In this document: positions 29,622 through 39,835 of the stretch, in pieces
Position numbering within the stretch: the first letter of the stretch is position 1
Layout of the letters: every line of letters begins with the position of its first letter
From: an uncultured bacterium
Lineage (GTDB): Bacteria > Armatimonadota > Abditibacteriia > Abditibacteriales > Abditibacteriaceae
Assembly: GCA_963843795.1 (NCBI GenBank)
Contig: CAWJLW010000006.1
Coordinates: 3,484,375-3,548,374, forward strand
Reading direction: 5' to 3'
Length of the DNA stretch: 64,000 nucleotides
The notes under the pieces: generated by a model
Databases searched by the model: none
Told to the model about the DNA's origin: nothing
What the model saw: only the letters and a program-made list of their open reading frames with translations
Program-made: the position numbers and the translations under genes

Positions 29622-30425
29622 TTATTTTTGTACGCTCAAACCGCTGCGTTGGAGAACTTCCATCGCCAGACGACGATAGGCGTCTGCGCCGGGAGAACGT
29701 CGGTCGTACAAAGCTACGGGCAGTCCGTGGCTGGGAGCTTCGGCTAATCTCACGTTGCGCGGTATCACGGTGGGAAACATCAAGGTTGGAAAGTGGCGCT
29801 CTAATTCGTTCGAAACCTGCCGACTTAAACCAACGCGACCATCGAACATGGTGCGCACCAATCCCATTACTTTCAAATCGGGATTCAAATTACGCTTGAT
29901 CAATTCCAACGTGCGCAACAAATGTCCCAACCCTTCGAGCGCGTAATATTCGCACTGCACAGGAATAATCAATTGATCCGCTGCTACCAGTGCATTAACC
30001 GTTAGCACCGAAAGCGAAGGAGGCGTGTCCAACAAAATGAGCGGATACTTCTCGCGCGCACCGACCAAAAATCGCTTCAAATCATCGCGACGCTGGTTAG
30101 GAGCCAATTCCACTTCAGCTCCCGCCAATGCAGTCGAAGCGCCAATCGCATGCAAATTTGGAATTGCTGTCTCGCGCACTACCGCGGTTAAAATCTCATC
30201 CGGAGCGCCTCCGATTTCTTCATCACGAGTTAAAGCTTCGTAAAGAGAAATTTGGCCCTCGCGGGGCGTAATACGGTCGAGACCAATCCCGCTGGTTGCA
30301 TTGCCTTGCGGGTCGATGTCGATCAGTAACACGCGCCGACCCCATTGAGCCAGGCCAGCAGCCAAATTAACCGCGGTTGTCGTCTTACCCACACCGCCCT
30401 TCTGATTGATAACGCTGATTACCAT
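29622..30425 (-). CDS. parA: Chromosome partitioning ATPase ParA/Soj
   Basis: NQKGGVGKTTT, DIDPQGN, DTPPS, QCEYYALEG, LAEAPSHG. Confidence 0.97.
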   Translation of the reverse strand: MVISVINQKGGVGKTTTAVNLAAGLAQWGRRVLLIDIDPQGNATSGIGLDRITPREGQISLYEALTRDEEIGGAPDEILTAVVRETAIPNLHAIGASTALAGAEVELAPNQRRDDLKRFLVGAREKYPLILLDTPPSLSVLTVNALVAADQLIIPVQCEYYALEGLGHLLRTLELIKRNLNPDLKVMGLVRTMFDGRVGLSRQVSNELERHFPTLMFPTVIPRNVRLAEAPSHGLPVALYDRRSPGADAYRRLAMEVLQRSGLSVQK

Positions 30426-30527
30426 AAATACTAAGTGTGGCTGAAACAATCCGCCGCGAAAACATAGCGGCCACGAACGCGCATGCCTTTATTATATTCG
30501 ATAGCCGCTCATCAAACATGAATTAAG

Positions 30528-30665
30528 AGTTTCACGTGAAACAAAAACAGGAATAGAAGCATTGAGTGTTTCACGTGAAACATACGGCGCGAACCTCTTG
30601 TATGCAAAAAGCCGCTGCAGACTTGCAGCGGCTTTTAGATGGCAAGCTGTGTTTCACGTGAAACG
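30528..30665. promoter_or_regulatory. Three parS sites upstream of parA
   Basis: AGTTTCACGTGAAACA 30528-30543, TGTTTCACGTGAAACA 30567-30582, TGTTTCACGTGAAACG 30650-30665. Confidence 0.92.
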
Positions 30666-30696
30666 TTTGCGATTAATCAAAAATTAGTGTTAGATG

Positions 30697-32898
30697 TTAG
30701 CGCAGGAAGGCTTCGTATAATCCGCCATCGACCGCGATGATTTGGCCGGTGGTTTTGCTCAAGCGGTCGGTGAGCAGGAGGAAAAATGCTTCGGCCTGAT
30801 CGCCGGGTGTGATCGGAGTTTGGGTAAGCGTGCGCTGGGCGTAAAAGCGAGCGAGCTTTTCGCGCAGTTGTTCATCATCTTCATCAGGCGCAAAAGCGAT
30901 TTCGTATTTAGTAAGGCTGGCAATAACGCGGTCGCGGGGAAACATTGCACTACCTTGGACCACAGTGGCAGGCGCCACGCCATTGACGCGGGCCAATGGC
31001 GACAATTCAATGGCAAGTTCGCGCACCAAATGATTGGCGGCGGCTTTACTCACGTCATAAGCGACGCTGCCTTTTTTGGCGACGACGGCGTTGGCAGATG
31101 TGGTCAATACCAAGGCAGCGGGCAAGTTTTGTTCGCGCCATAGTTTGCCGATTTCATCGCCAACAAGATAGCTACCCGTGACGTTGATGGCGAAAGTTAA
31201 AGCCCATTTATCATCGGGAATGTGGCCGCTGGTGTCAGGCGCAACAAAGATACCCGCGGTCACACAAATGGCATCCAGACCGCCATACGCGATCACGGTT
31301 TGTGCAAATGCTTGAGCGATGGAAGCGCGGTCGGTAATGTTAGCGCTAATACCAATCGCGGCTCCGCAACTGGACAGACCCGAACCGGCCACACCAATGC
31401 CTTTGCCGGTGATAGCAACGAGTTCATCGGCGGTGTTTTGCGCGGCTTCGGCGTTGAGATCGATGCAAACGACATGAGCACCTTCGCGGATGATGCGATG
31501 AGCGACTTCGCGCCCGATGCCCGAACCGGCACCAATAACGGCGATGACTTTGCGCGCTAATTCTTTGGGCGCGGGCATACGCTGCAGCTTGGCTTCTTCC
31601 AAAAGCCAGTATTCGATATCGAAGGCTTCCTGCTGGGGCAGTGCAGTGTAGCGGTCGATGGCTTGGGCGCCGCGCATCACTTCGATGGCACAATTGTAAA
31701 ATTCTGCCGTGACGCGCGATTCGCTTTTGTCTTTACCCCATGCGATCAGGCCCAGACCGGGAATGAGAATGACTGTAGGATTTGGATCGCGCAACGCGGG
31801 CGAATTTTCGTGACGGCAGGCATTGTAATAAGCCCGATAATCGGCACGATAATCTTCTAAACCTTGGGAAATTGCGTTTTTGAGGGTAGGCAAATCGCCG
31901 TCCTGCGGATTCCAATCGACATAAAACGGCTTAATTTTGGTGCGCAGAAAATGGTCGGGACAACTGGTGCCAAGTTCGGCCAAGCGTGGCGCGTCGTTTG
32001 AGTTGACGAAGCGCAGCAAGTTTTCGTCGTCCTGAATTGTGCCGATGAAACGCTGCTGTTGTGACACTTGCCCACGCAGCCAGGGAAGAATCTGGGCCAG
32101 CATTTCGCGACGCGGCATTTCTGCGAGCGCTTGATATTTGGCACCACCAAAAGTCTGCTCACCTTGATCATGAGATTCGATGTATTGCGCGGCTTTTTCG
32201 ATCAAACGCAGCGAAAGTTCGTAGCATTCTTTGTCGTCGTCGGCCCAGTTGATAAGGCCGTGTCCGCCCAAAATTACGCCGCGCGCGTTCGGATTTTGGC
32301 GGCAAATCTCTTGAAGAATTAAGCCCAGCTCAAAGCCGGGACGCTGCCACGGCGTCCAGATCACTTCGTCGCCATAGATCTCCTGTGTGAGCTGCTGGGA
32401 ATTTTCGGCAGCGGCGATAGCGATTACGGCATTGGGGTGGGTATGATCGACGTGGCGCGCGGGCACAAACGAATGCAGCGGCGTGTCAATGCTGCAGGGG
32501 CGTGGGTTAAGCGCGAAAGTGCAGTGAGAATATAATTCGACCATCAAGTCCTCGGCCTCGGTTTTGGGGCCGCGATTTTCCTGACGGGCGTAAACCTCTT
32601 GCAATGCGCACAATTTGCTTTGATACAGGCTGGAAAAATTCTCGCGCTTGCTGGTCCGCAAATCGCCGCCCGAACCCTTGACCCACAATACTTCAACGTC
32701 TTCCCCGGTCAGCGGGTCGGTTTCTATTAATTTCGATGAAGTGTTGCCCCCGCCGGTATTGGTAATGCGATTGTCTTGACCGAGCAAATTAGAACGATAA
32801 ACCAAACGCTCGACGGGTTGCAACGTGGCTGCGTGAGAATCATCCCACAAGTAATCAACATATTGAAAATCTTGATTTGAATTGTTCATAGATGCCAC
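30697..32898 (-). CDS. Bifunctional rhamnulose-1-phosphate aldolase/short-chain dehydrogenase (RhaEW/YuxG type)
   Basis: TNTGGGNTSSK, SIDTPLH, HVDHTHP, GTSCPDHFLRTK, EYWLLEEAKL followed by an SDR domain. Confidence 0.92.
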   Translation of the reverse strand: MASMNNSNQDFQYVDYLWDDSHAATLQPVERLVYRSNLLGQDNRITNTGGGNTSSKLIETDPLTGEDVEVLWVKGSGGDLRTSKRENFSSLYQSKLCALQEVYARQENRGPKTEAEDLMVELYSHCTFALNPRPCSIDTPLHSFVPARHVDHTHPNAVIAIAAAENSQQLTQEIYGDEVIWTPWQRPGFELGLILQEICRQNPNARGVILGGHGLINWADDDKECYELSLRLIEKAAQYIESHDQGEQTFGGAKYQALAEMPRREMLAQILPWLRGQVSQQQRFIGTIQDDENLLRFVNSNDAPRLAELGTSCPDHFLRTKIKPFYVDWNPQDGDLPTLKNAISQGLEDYRADYRAYYNACRHENSPALRDPNPTVILIPGLGLIAWGKDKSESRVTAEFYNCAIEVMRGAQAIDRYTALPQQEAFDIEYWLLEEAKLQRMPAPKELARKVIAVIGAGSGIGREVAHRIIREGAHVVCIDLNAEAAQNTADELVAITGKGIGVAGSGLSSCGAAIGISANITDRASIAQAFAQTVIAYGGLDAICVTAGIFVAPDTSGHIPDDKWALTFAINVTGSYLVGDEIGKLWREQNLPAALVLTTSANAVVAKKGSVAYDVSKAAANHLVRELAIELSPLARVNGVAPATVVQGSAMFPRDRVIASLTKYEIAFAPDEDDEQLREKLARFYAQRTLTQTPITPGDQAEAFFLLLTDRLSKTTGQIIAVDGGLYEAFLR

Positions 32899-33102
32899 TC
32901 ATTTTAACCACATCGCTCACGAATTTGCATATTCAATAAAATATCCGGAAAGGGCAAATATTCTGTACATTCCCAGCGTCAAGAGTCCAGTGGGGTGTTT
33001 GGAAAAAGCCTGCCGCGTTCGCTAATGTGTTGCCAACGCCGAACGCGACGATGAACTGCACGCGCCGAAGCCCAAGGCCAAGGCGCCAAAGCGTTAGACC
33101 TG

Positions 33103-33134
33103 AAAGTTCGCTGCAAGTACTTGCAGCGAACTTT
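33103..33134. repeat. Perfect 32-bp palindrome centred on GCAAGTACTTGC
   Basis: AAAGTTCGCTGCAAGTACTTGCAGCGAACTTT in a divergent promoter region. Confidence 0.95.
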
Positions 33135-33165
33135 ATACTGCACCAAAATTCACGAGCGAATCATC

Positions 33166-34068
33166 ATGCCTTTAGCTGCGTTTCCCAAATGTTTTTTGCA
33201 CGCGCTGTGCGTGGAAAAGTCCATGACGCCAGAAGAGTGGATTCGTCTGGCCGCCACCAATCTGGACGTGGATGGGCTGGAATTTTACTGGGGTTTTGTC
33301 CCGCACCATGATGAAACTGCTTGCAAGTACTTGCGGGACGTTTTGCGGGCGTATCGTTTGACAATGCCGATGATGTGCTATTCGCCTGATTTCACGCAGC
33401 CCAACCCACAAATTCGGCAACGCGAAATCGAACAGCAAAAGCGCGCCATTGAAATCACCGCTTTGCTGGGTGGCCAGTTTTGCCGCGTCTTGAGTGGACA
33501 GCGACGACCGGAAATTTCGACACACGACGGCGTGGAGATGGCGGCGGACGCTATTGTTTCGCTGTTGCCATTTGCGGAAGATTGTGGCGTGACTTTGATT
33601 TTAGAGAACCATTACAAAGACGGTTTTTGGGAATTCCCGGAGTTCGCGCAGCGACAAGATGTGTTTCTGCAACTGCTCAATGCCATTCCCGAATCGCTAC
33701 ATTTTGGCGTCAATTACGATCCGTCGAATGCAATAATTGCGGGCGATGATCCCATTGCATTGCTGGAAGCGGTTAAGCATCGCGTGGTGTCGATGCACGC
33801 CAGCGACCGCTATTTCGAGGGCGGCGACATCAACGATTTGCGGCGCATGGAAGCCGACGCGCATTTCGGCTACGCGCCGATTTTAAAACACGGAGTGGTC
33901 GGGCAAGGCTTGAACGATTACGACCGCATTTTCTCAATTCTCAAAGGTGTGGGTTTCACGGGCTGGATTAGCATCGAAGATGGCGAAGATGCCGAAGTTG
34001 GCATGGAGCATCTGCGCTTATCGGCGGAATTTCTGCGCGCGAAAATGGCGCAGCACGGTTTGGTTTGA
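33166..34068 (+). CDS. Sugar phosphate isomerase/epimerase (xylose isomerase-like TIM barrel)
   Basis: DGLEFY, LENHYK, NYDPSN, HASDR, GWISIED. Confidence 0.88.
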   Translation: MPLAAFPKCFLHALCVEKSMTPEEWIRLAATNLDVDGLEFYWGFVPHHDETACKYLRDVLRAYRLTMPMMCYSPDFTQPNPQIRQREIEQQKRAIEITALLGGQFCRVLSGQRRPEISTHDGVEMAADAIVSLLPFAEDCGVTLILENHYKDGFWEFPEFAQRQDVFLQLLNAIPESLHFGVNYDPSNAIIAGDDPIALLEAVKHRVVSMHASDRYFEGGDINDLRRMEADAHFGYAPILKHGVVGQGLNDYDRIFSILKGVGFTGWISIEDGEDAEVGMEHLRLSAEFLRAKMAQHGLV

Positions 34069-34090
34069 CAGGTTTGAGGAGCGAATTTCG

Positions 34091-34810
34091 ATGCAAACTG
34101 TGGTGCAGATTTCCCTTGATGTGACCAACATTCCCGAAGCTTTGGCGACGGCGCAACTGGCGTTGCGGGCGGGTGTGGATTGGCTCGAAGCGGGCACGCC
34201 ACTTATCATCGCCGAGGGCATGAATGGCGTGCGCGCACTGCGGCGCGAGTTTCCCGATGTGCCCATCGTGGCCGATTTGAAGACGATGGACGGCGGCTGG
34301 CTTGAAGCGCAAATGATGGCACAAGCGGGCGCCACATACGTCGTGGTGATGGAGCGAGCGCACCAAGAAACCATCCGCGAAGTCGTTAAAGCCGGACGCG
34401 ATTTCGGCATCGGTGTGATGGGCGATAATTTGGCCGCTCCCAATATGATGGCTGCCGCCAAGCGTTTGGAAGATTTGGGCTGCGATTTCGTGATTCATCA
34501 TATCGGCTACGACGAACGACGCGGTATCGCGGCGCGCGGCCAACGGATGCCAAGCCCTTTAGATCAATTGCGCGATGTGGTGCAAGCTGTTGATATTCCC
34601 GTGCAAGCGGTGGGCGGTTTAAGTATCGACCAAGCGATGCGTTCGCCCGAATCGGGCGCGCCCTTAGTGGTTTTGGGCGCGCCTTTGACCATCGAAGCCG
34701 ATGCGTTTAAAGCCGTCGGTGGCGATATCGAGAGCCAGTTGAAACGCATTTGCGAACACGTTCACGCTTATGGAAATGTCGGCCCACAGGAAAGAAATTA
34801 TGTCCGATAA
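34091..34810 (+). CDS. 3-hexulose-6-phosphate synthase/KGPDC-like (OMPDC/HUMPS family)
   Basis: VQISLD, WLEAGTPLI, VADLKTMDGG, HHIGYD. Confidence 0.85.
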   Translation: MQTVVQISLDVTNIPEALATAQLALRAGVDWLEAGTPLIIAEGMNGVRALRREFPDVPIVADLKTMDGGWLEAQMMAQAGATYVVVMERAHQETIREVVKAGRDFGIGVMGDNLAAPNMMAAAKRLEDLGCDFVIHHIGYDERRGIAARGQRMPSPLDQLRDVVQAVDIPVQAVGGLSIDQAMRSPESGAPLVVLGAPLTIEADAFKAVGGDIESQLKRICEHVHAYGNVGPQERNYVR

Positions 34811-35852
34811 AACAACGATGCCCGCCGTTTTGAATTTCGCGCCCGCAGCCGGTTCGGTCGAATTGCGCGAGTTGGAGATTCCCGAAATCGGCGACAGCGA
34901 CGTATTATTGCAAGTGAAAGCGGTTGGGATTTGCGGCAGCGATCTGCATCAATATCACGGTAAGCAAAGCTGGAAAGTGAATTATCCAGTGACGCTGGGC
35001 CACGAATTCGCCGGAGTGATTGCGAAAACCGGCGCGCAAGTACTTGCCTTTAAACAAGGCGACCGCGTGGTGAGCGAAACGGCGGCGGTTTTGGATGCGC
35101 AGTCGCCGTTTGTGCGGGCGGGTCAATATAATCTCGATCCGAATCGGCTGGGTTTTGGCTATGGCGTGCATGGCGCGATGACGCAGTTCGTGCGCGTGCC
35201 CGAACGCTGTTTGCATCGCGTGCCGGACGCTCTGGATTTTGAAAAAGCCGCGCTCACCGAGCCGTGTTGCGTGGCTTATAATGCGGTTTGCATGAACACG
35301 CGCTTGCGTCCCGGCGATAGCGTGGCGATTATTGGGCCGGGGCCGATTGGTTTGTTGTGCGCGCTGATGGCGAAACTTTGTGGCGCCAATCCATTGATAG
35401 TTATCGGCACAACTTCGGATGCCAAACGTTTGAATGTGGCGCGCGAAATTGGCGCCACGCAGGTTTTCGGCGCTCAGGGCGAAAATGTCGCGGAGCAAGT
35501 ACTTGCGCTGGGCGATGGTTACGGTGTGGACGCGGTCATTGACGCGGCGGGCGTCAGCGCGACGTTGCAACTGGCGATGCAGATAGTGCGGCCCGGCGGA
35601 CAAATTACCAAAGTCGGTTGGGGGCCGCAGCCATGCGATTTTTCACTCGATCCGCTGGTGCAAAAAGGCGTGACGTTGCAAGGTTCGTTTTCGCACAATT
35701 GGCCGATGTGGGAGCGTGTGATTGCGATGCTGGCGAGTGGGCAGATCAATCTGGAGCCGATTCTCAATCGCGTGGCGCCGCTGGATGAATGGCAAAGTTG
35801 CTTTGAACAGATGCAAAGCGGCGATGTGGTGAAAGCGGTATTGGTGCCTTGA
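34800..35852 (+). CDS. Zn-dependent sugar/polyol dehydrogenase (MDR family)
   Basis: GICGSDLH, GHEFAG, EPCCV, GPGPIG. Confidence 0.92.
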   Translation: MSDKTTMPAVLNFAPAAGSVELRELEIPEIGDSDVLLQVKAVGICGSDLHQYHGKQSWKVNYPVTLGHEFAGVIAKTGAQVLAFKQGDRVVSETAAVLDAQSPFVRAGQYNLDPNRLGFGYGVHGAMTQFVRVPERCLHRVPDALDFEKAALTEPCCVAYNAVCMNTRLRPGDSVAIIGPGPIGLLCALMAKLCGANPLIVIGTTSDAKRLNVAREIGATQVFGAQGENVAEQVLALGDGYGVDAVIDAAGVSATLQLAMQIVRPGGQITKVGWGPQPCDFSLDPLVQKGVTLQGSFSHNWPMWERVIAMLASGQINLEPILNRVAPLDEWQSCFEQMQSGDVVKAVLVP

Positions 35853-35889
35853 ACATTCGCCGTGCAAGTACTTGCACGGCGAATGTTCA
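35850..35889. repeat. Perfect 40-bp palindrome beginning at the stop codon
   Basis: TGAACATTCGCCGTGCAAGTACTTGCACGGCGAATGTTCA. Confidence 0.95.
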
Positions 35890-35931
35890 GGCCGCGATTC
35901 ACAATTGAGCTTTGAAATCGGGAGAAAATCC

Positions 35932-36723
35932 ATGACTTTAAACGGCAAAGTCGCTTTAATCACCGGCTCAGCGACCGGCATCGGCGAAGCCATCGCGCGC
36001 CGCTTGGCGCAAGCGGGAGCATCGGTGATCGTGCATGGCCAACATCACGAAAGCGCAGCGGGACAAAGTATTGTCGAGGAATTGAAACGCGCTGGCGCAA
36101 ACGCGATTTTTATCGCAGCGCAGCTGGAAAACGCGAGCGAATGTGAAACTCTGATCGAACGTGCGGCAGCGTGGCAAAACCGGCTCGATATTTTGGTTAA
36201 TAATGCGGCGGCGGTCGTGCGGTCGAATTTGGAAACGACTGATGCCGAGGTATTTGACCGCACGATGGCGGTCAATGTGCGCGCGCCGATGCTGTTGATT
36301 CGCGCGGCCAAAGCGCATTTTTTGCAGGCTGGTGGCGGTCGCGTATTAAATATCGGTTCGGTGAACGGTTACTGTGGAGAGGCGAATCAGTTGGCGTATT
36401 CGGTTTCCAAAGGCGCACTGATGACTTTATCGCGCAACTTGTCGGACGCACTGGCGACCGAAGGCATTCGCGTGAATCATTTCAATCTGGGCTGGGTTTT
36501 GACACCCAACGAATATGCACTCAAACAGCGCGAAGGCTTGCCCGCAGATTGGCCGCAGCATATACCAAAGGCCTTCGCGCCGAGCGGGCGAATTTTAATG
36601 CCGGAAGAAATCGCTTATTTCGCGATGATGTTTTTATGCGACGAAGCCGCGCTGATTTCGGGCGCAGTCGTCGAATTGGAGCAGTATCCGATGATCGGGC
36701 GCAATCCAGTGAAAGAAGGGTAA
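35932..36723 (+). CDS. SDR oxidoreductase
   Basis: TGSATGIG, LVNNAA, YSVSK. Confidence 0.92.
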   Translation: MTLNGKVALITGSATGIGEAIARRLAQAGASVIVHGQHHESAAGQSIVEELKRAGANAIFIAAQLENASECETLIERAAAWQNRLDILVNNAAAVVRSNLETTDAEVFDRTMAVNVRAPMLLIRAAKAHFLQAGGGRVLNIGSVNGYCGEANQLAYSVSKGALMTLSRNLSDALATEGIRVNHFNLGWVLTPNEYALKQREGLPADWPQHIPKAFAPSGRILMPEEIAYFAMMFLCDEAALISGAVVELEQYPMIGRNPVKEG

Positions 36724-36748
36724 AAGAAGGGTGAAAGAAGAGAAAGTC

Positions 36749-36788
36749 GCGAAAAGGGCGCTGCAAGTACTTGCAGCGCCCTTTTCGC
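36749..36788. terminator. Perfect 40-bp palindrome
   Basis: GCGAAAAGGGCGCTGCAAGTACTTGCAGCGCCCTTTTCGC. Confidence 0.75.
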
Positions 36789-36866
36789 ATCTGCGATTGC
36801 AACTCTCGATAGCGCGCAGTGTCTCACGAGACAATTTGCAGACAGCCTTTGCATTGTGGAGAAACC

Positions 36867-39764
36867 ATGTCGCAGCGAACATCGAAAATTTGGAAACCGG
36901 CTTTGTTACTGTGGCCGTGCTTGACTTTTGCCCCTTTATCGACCAGCATCGTGCGCGCGGACACACCGGACGAGCAGTGGACTTTTGCCAGCGGTCTATA
37001 CGACCAAAAATTATGGGGCCTGGCCGCACAGAATCTGCAAAAATTTCTTGAGGCCAACCCGAAAGACGCGCACGCCAAACTTGCGGCTTATCAACTCGGC
37101 GCGGCTTTATATCGCGCTGCGGATGCCAAGGGTGCGATCAATTACGTCGCGGCGGCCAAGGCTTATCAAGATGCGCTGACGAATTATCCCGACGAAAAGC
37201 TGAGCGTTCCCGCGCGCTTTGAACTGGCCGACGCGCAGTTCAATTTGAAGCAATATGCGCCTGCCGTCACCAATTTTACGCAGTTTCTCGATGCAAGCGA
37301 TACGCCTGCCAAACAAAAAACGGTCGGCGCGACAGGCGAACAGCGCGCGCTGGCTTATTATCTAGTGGGCGAAAGCCAGTTGGCGTTGAAAAAATCGGCG
37401 CCTGCCAAGGCCGCTTATCAACGGGTCGTGAAAGAATATCCGCAGAGCGCGCCCGCGCCTTACGCGCAACTGGCGATTGGCGTGCTGGAAGAAAACGACG
37501 GCCAATTGCAAAATGCCAGAGCGGCTTATGACGCCGTCGTGACGAAATATGGGAAATCGGAAGTCGTGGGCGAAGCGCGCCTGCGTGCTGCCAATGCCAC
37601 GCTGAATCTGGGACGTTTCGATGAAGCCGCGACCGCGTTCCAAAGCGCACTCAACGATTCCCCTGCGGCGCAGTGGAAAGCCGAAGCCCAAATTGGCCTG
37701 GCCGATGCGTTTTTCGGAGCCAAAAAATGGACACAAGCGGGCGCGGCCTATCAATCGGCTCTGCAAGTACTTGCCGCCAACGATGAACGGCGCGCCGGTT
37801 TACAACTGCGCGCAGGCGATAGCGCCTTCAACGCCAAAGATTACGAGAAAGCCCAAGCCGCTTACGCAAATCTGGGTCAAAACACGACACCCACAGTGGC
37901 CGAAAACGCGTTGTATTTTCGTGGTCGCGCCTTGTTTGAATTGAAGCGCAACGAGGAAGCAGCCCAACAGTTCGAGGCGTTGCTGCAACGCTTTCCCAAG
38001 AGCGAAAAAGCGCCGCGCGCCGCGCTGTTGCTGGGCGATTTTTACGCACAAAACGACGCGGCGCGGGCGGCAACGGCGTATCGAACCGTTTTAACGCAAT
38101 ATCCACAATCGGACGCGGCGGCCGAAGCCAAAACCGCTCTGATCGATTTGGCGGCGGGTGTCGTGAAAAGCGGCGCGGGCGATGGAAAATCGAGCGCGGA
38201 ATTGAGTAAAGTGCTATCGAGCTTGCCACCTGGTGTGGCGGGCGACGCACAGCTGCGTTTGGCTCAAGCAGCATATGGACGTGAAGATTGGTCGCAGGCG
38301 AGCACACTGGCTGCCGCGGCGCTGGCGGGCAAGCCGAGCGGGGCAACGGCCGAAAACGCGCTGTTTTTACTGGCTTCGGCGCAATATAACGCGGGCAAAA
38401 GCGCTGAGGCCGCCAAAACGTTTCAGCGCCAATTGACTGCGCATTCCAAAGGCGCGCTAGCTGGCGAAGCGCAGATGCGGTTGGCGTGGGCGTTGGTCGA
38501 TTTGAAGAAATGGGATGAAGCCCAAAACGCGGCGCGCGCCGCGAGCACCACGCTGGGGGAATCGAAAGAAGCGACTTTGGCGTTGAAACAACAAGCGCGT
38601 CTGGCTCTGGCGCAAGCGCTGTGGGGTGCGGGCAAAAACGCACCCGCCGCGACGGTTTTCGGTGAGTTGACGACGGCTCAAGATAAAGATATTGCATTGC
38701 AAAGTACTTATGGCGCGGCAATGACGCTGGAAGCGCAGCAGTTGTGGGCGCCCAGCGCGATGCAGTGGGCGCGTTATGCCGAGATGAGCGAGGAGGGCGC
38801 GAAGCGCGCCGAGGCTTATTTGCATCAGGGTTTGGCGCTGACTAAAGCGAAGAACGGCGCGCAAGCGCTGGCCGCTTTCGACCGCGCCATTGCCGCCGAT
38901 CCAAATGGTGAAAGGGGCGCGCGTGCTTTGCTAGAAAGCGCGTGGGCCGCACACGATTTGAAGCAAAACGAACAGGAAACGCAGCGCTGGCAAAAGTTGG
39001 CTGCATTAGATTCGCCTTATGCGGCGACAGCGCTTTTGCAGCAGGGACAAATGATGTTCGCGACCAAAAAATGGCCCGAAGCCGCCGCGTCTTATCGGGC
39101 GGTTCTGGCCAAATTCCCCAACAGTCGCGAGGCGCCGCTGGCCGCGTACCAGTTGGGTTCGGCGCTATATAACTCCGAAAAATGGGCCGAAGCTGCGACG
39201 GCTTTCGAACGTGCCGCGCAAACGCCCGCTGCGGATGCGACCGTTGAACAAAAAGATGCTGCTGTTGAAGCCTTGTTCTGGAACGGGGAAAGTTTGCAGC
39301 GCGCGGGCGACTTGAATGCTGTGGCGAGCTATCGAAAATTCATCGCCGCGATTGCTCTGCGTCCACAAATCGGAGCCGCACAATGGCTGCCACAAGCGCG
39401 TTTAGGTTTGGGACGCGCATTAAACGCCCAAAAGCAGTGGCCCGAAGCCGCGAACGTTTTGCGCGCGCTACTCGAAGTCGAGAAGGTCGCGCCAGAAGTT
39501 GCCGCCGAAGCCAATTTTCTGCTCGCGCAGAATTTGGAAGCACAAAACAAACCGGAGGAAGCGGCGACGCAGGCTTTAAAAGTGACCACGCGGTATCCGC
39601 AAAGCGCGTGGGCCGCAGAAGCGGCGTGGATTGCGGCGACTTCGATAGAGAAAAGTGGTAACAAAAGCAGCGCACGGGAACTGTATAAGGCGCTGGCTAA
39701 ACGAGAAAATGGCGGCGAATGGGCGGCCAAAGCTCAAGAAAGATTGCAGAATCTGGGTGAATAA
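36867..39764 (+). CDS. Exported multi-TPR protein (CpoB/YbgF/BamD-like repeats)
   Basis: Signal-peptide-like N-terminus; many A..Y..G...A..AY..V...YPxS repeats. Confidence 0.88.
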   Translation: MSQRTSKIWKPALLLWPCLTFAPLSTSIVRADTPDEQWTFASGLYDQKLWGLAAQNLQKFLEANPKDAHAKLAAYQLGAALYRAADAKGAINYVAAAKAYQDALTNYPDEKLSVPARFELADAQFNLKQYAPAVTNFTQFLDASDTPAKQKTVGATGEQRALAYYLVGESQLALKKSAPAKAAYQRVVKEYPQSAPAPYAQLAIGVLEENDGQLQNARAAYDAVVTKYGKSEVVGEARLRAANATLNLGRFDEAATAFQSALNDSPAAQWKAEAQIGLADAFFGAKKWTQAGAAYQSALQVLAANDERRAGLQLRAGDSAFNAKDYEKAQAAYANLGQNTTPTVAENALYFRGRALFELKRNEEAAQQFEALLQRFPKSEKAPRAALLLGDFYAQNDAARAATAYRTVLTQYPQSDAAAEAKTALIDLAAGVVKSGAGDGKSSAELSKVLSSLPPGVAGDAQLRLAQAAYGREDWSQASTLAAAALAGKPSGATAENALFLLASAQYNAGKSAEAAKTFQRQLTAHSKGALAGEAQMRLAWALVDLKKWDEAQNAARAASTTLGESKEATLALKQQARLALAQALWGAGKNAPAATVFGELTTAQDKDIALQSTYGAAMTLEAQQLWAPSAMQWARYAEMSEEGAKRAEAYLHQGLALTKAKNGAQALAAFDRAIAADPNGERGARALLESAWAAHDLKQNEQETQRWQKLAALDSPYAATALLQQGQMMFATKKWPEAAASYRAVLAKFPNSREAPLAAYQLGSALYNSEKWAEAATAFERAAQTPAADATVEQKDAAVEALFWNGESLQRAGDLNAVASYRKFIAAIALRPQIGAAQWLPQARLGLGRALNAQKQWPEAANVLRALLEVEKVAPEVAAEANFLLAQNLEAQNKPEEAATQALKVTTRYPQSAWAAEAAWIAATSIEKSGNKSSARELYKALAKRENGGEWAAKAQERLQNLGE

Positions 39765-39835
39765 AAAATTGTCATGCAAGTTTGTGATGCCCTGCAAGTA
39801 CTTGCAGGACACACCACGGAATCATTGGGAAAATT

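Noticed and set aside
36820..36833. TGTCTCACGAGACA as an additional parS
   Set aside because: Two bases shorter than and divergent from the 16-bp consensus that is matched nearly perfectly five times elsewhere.
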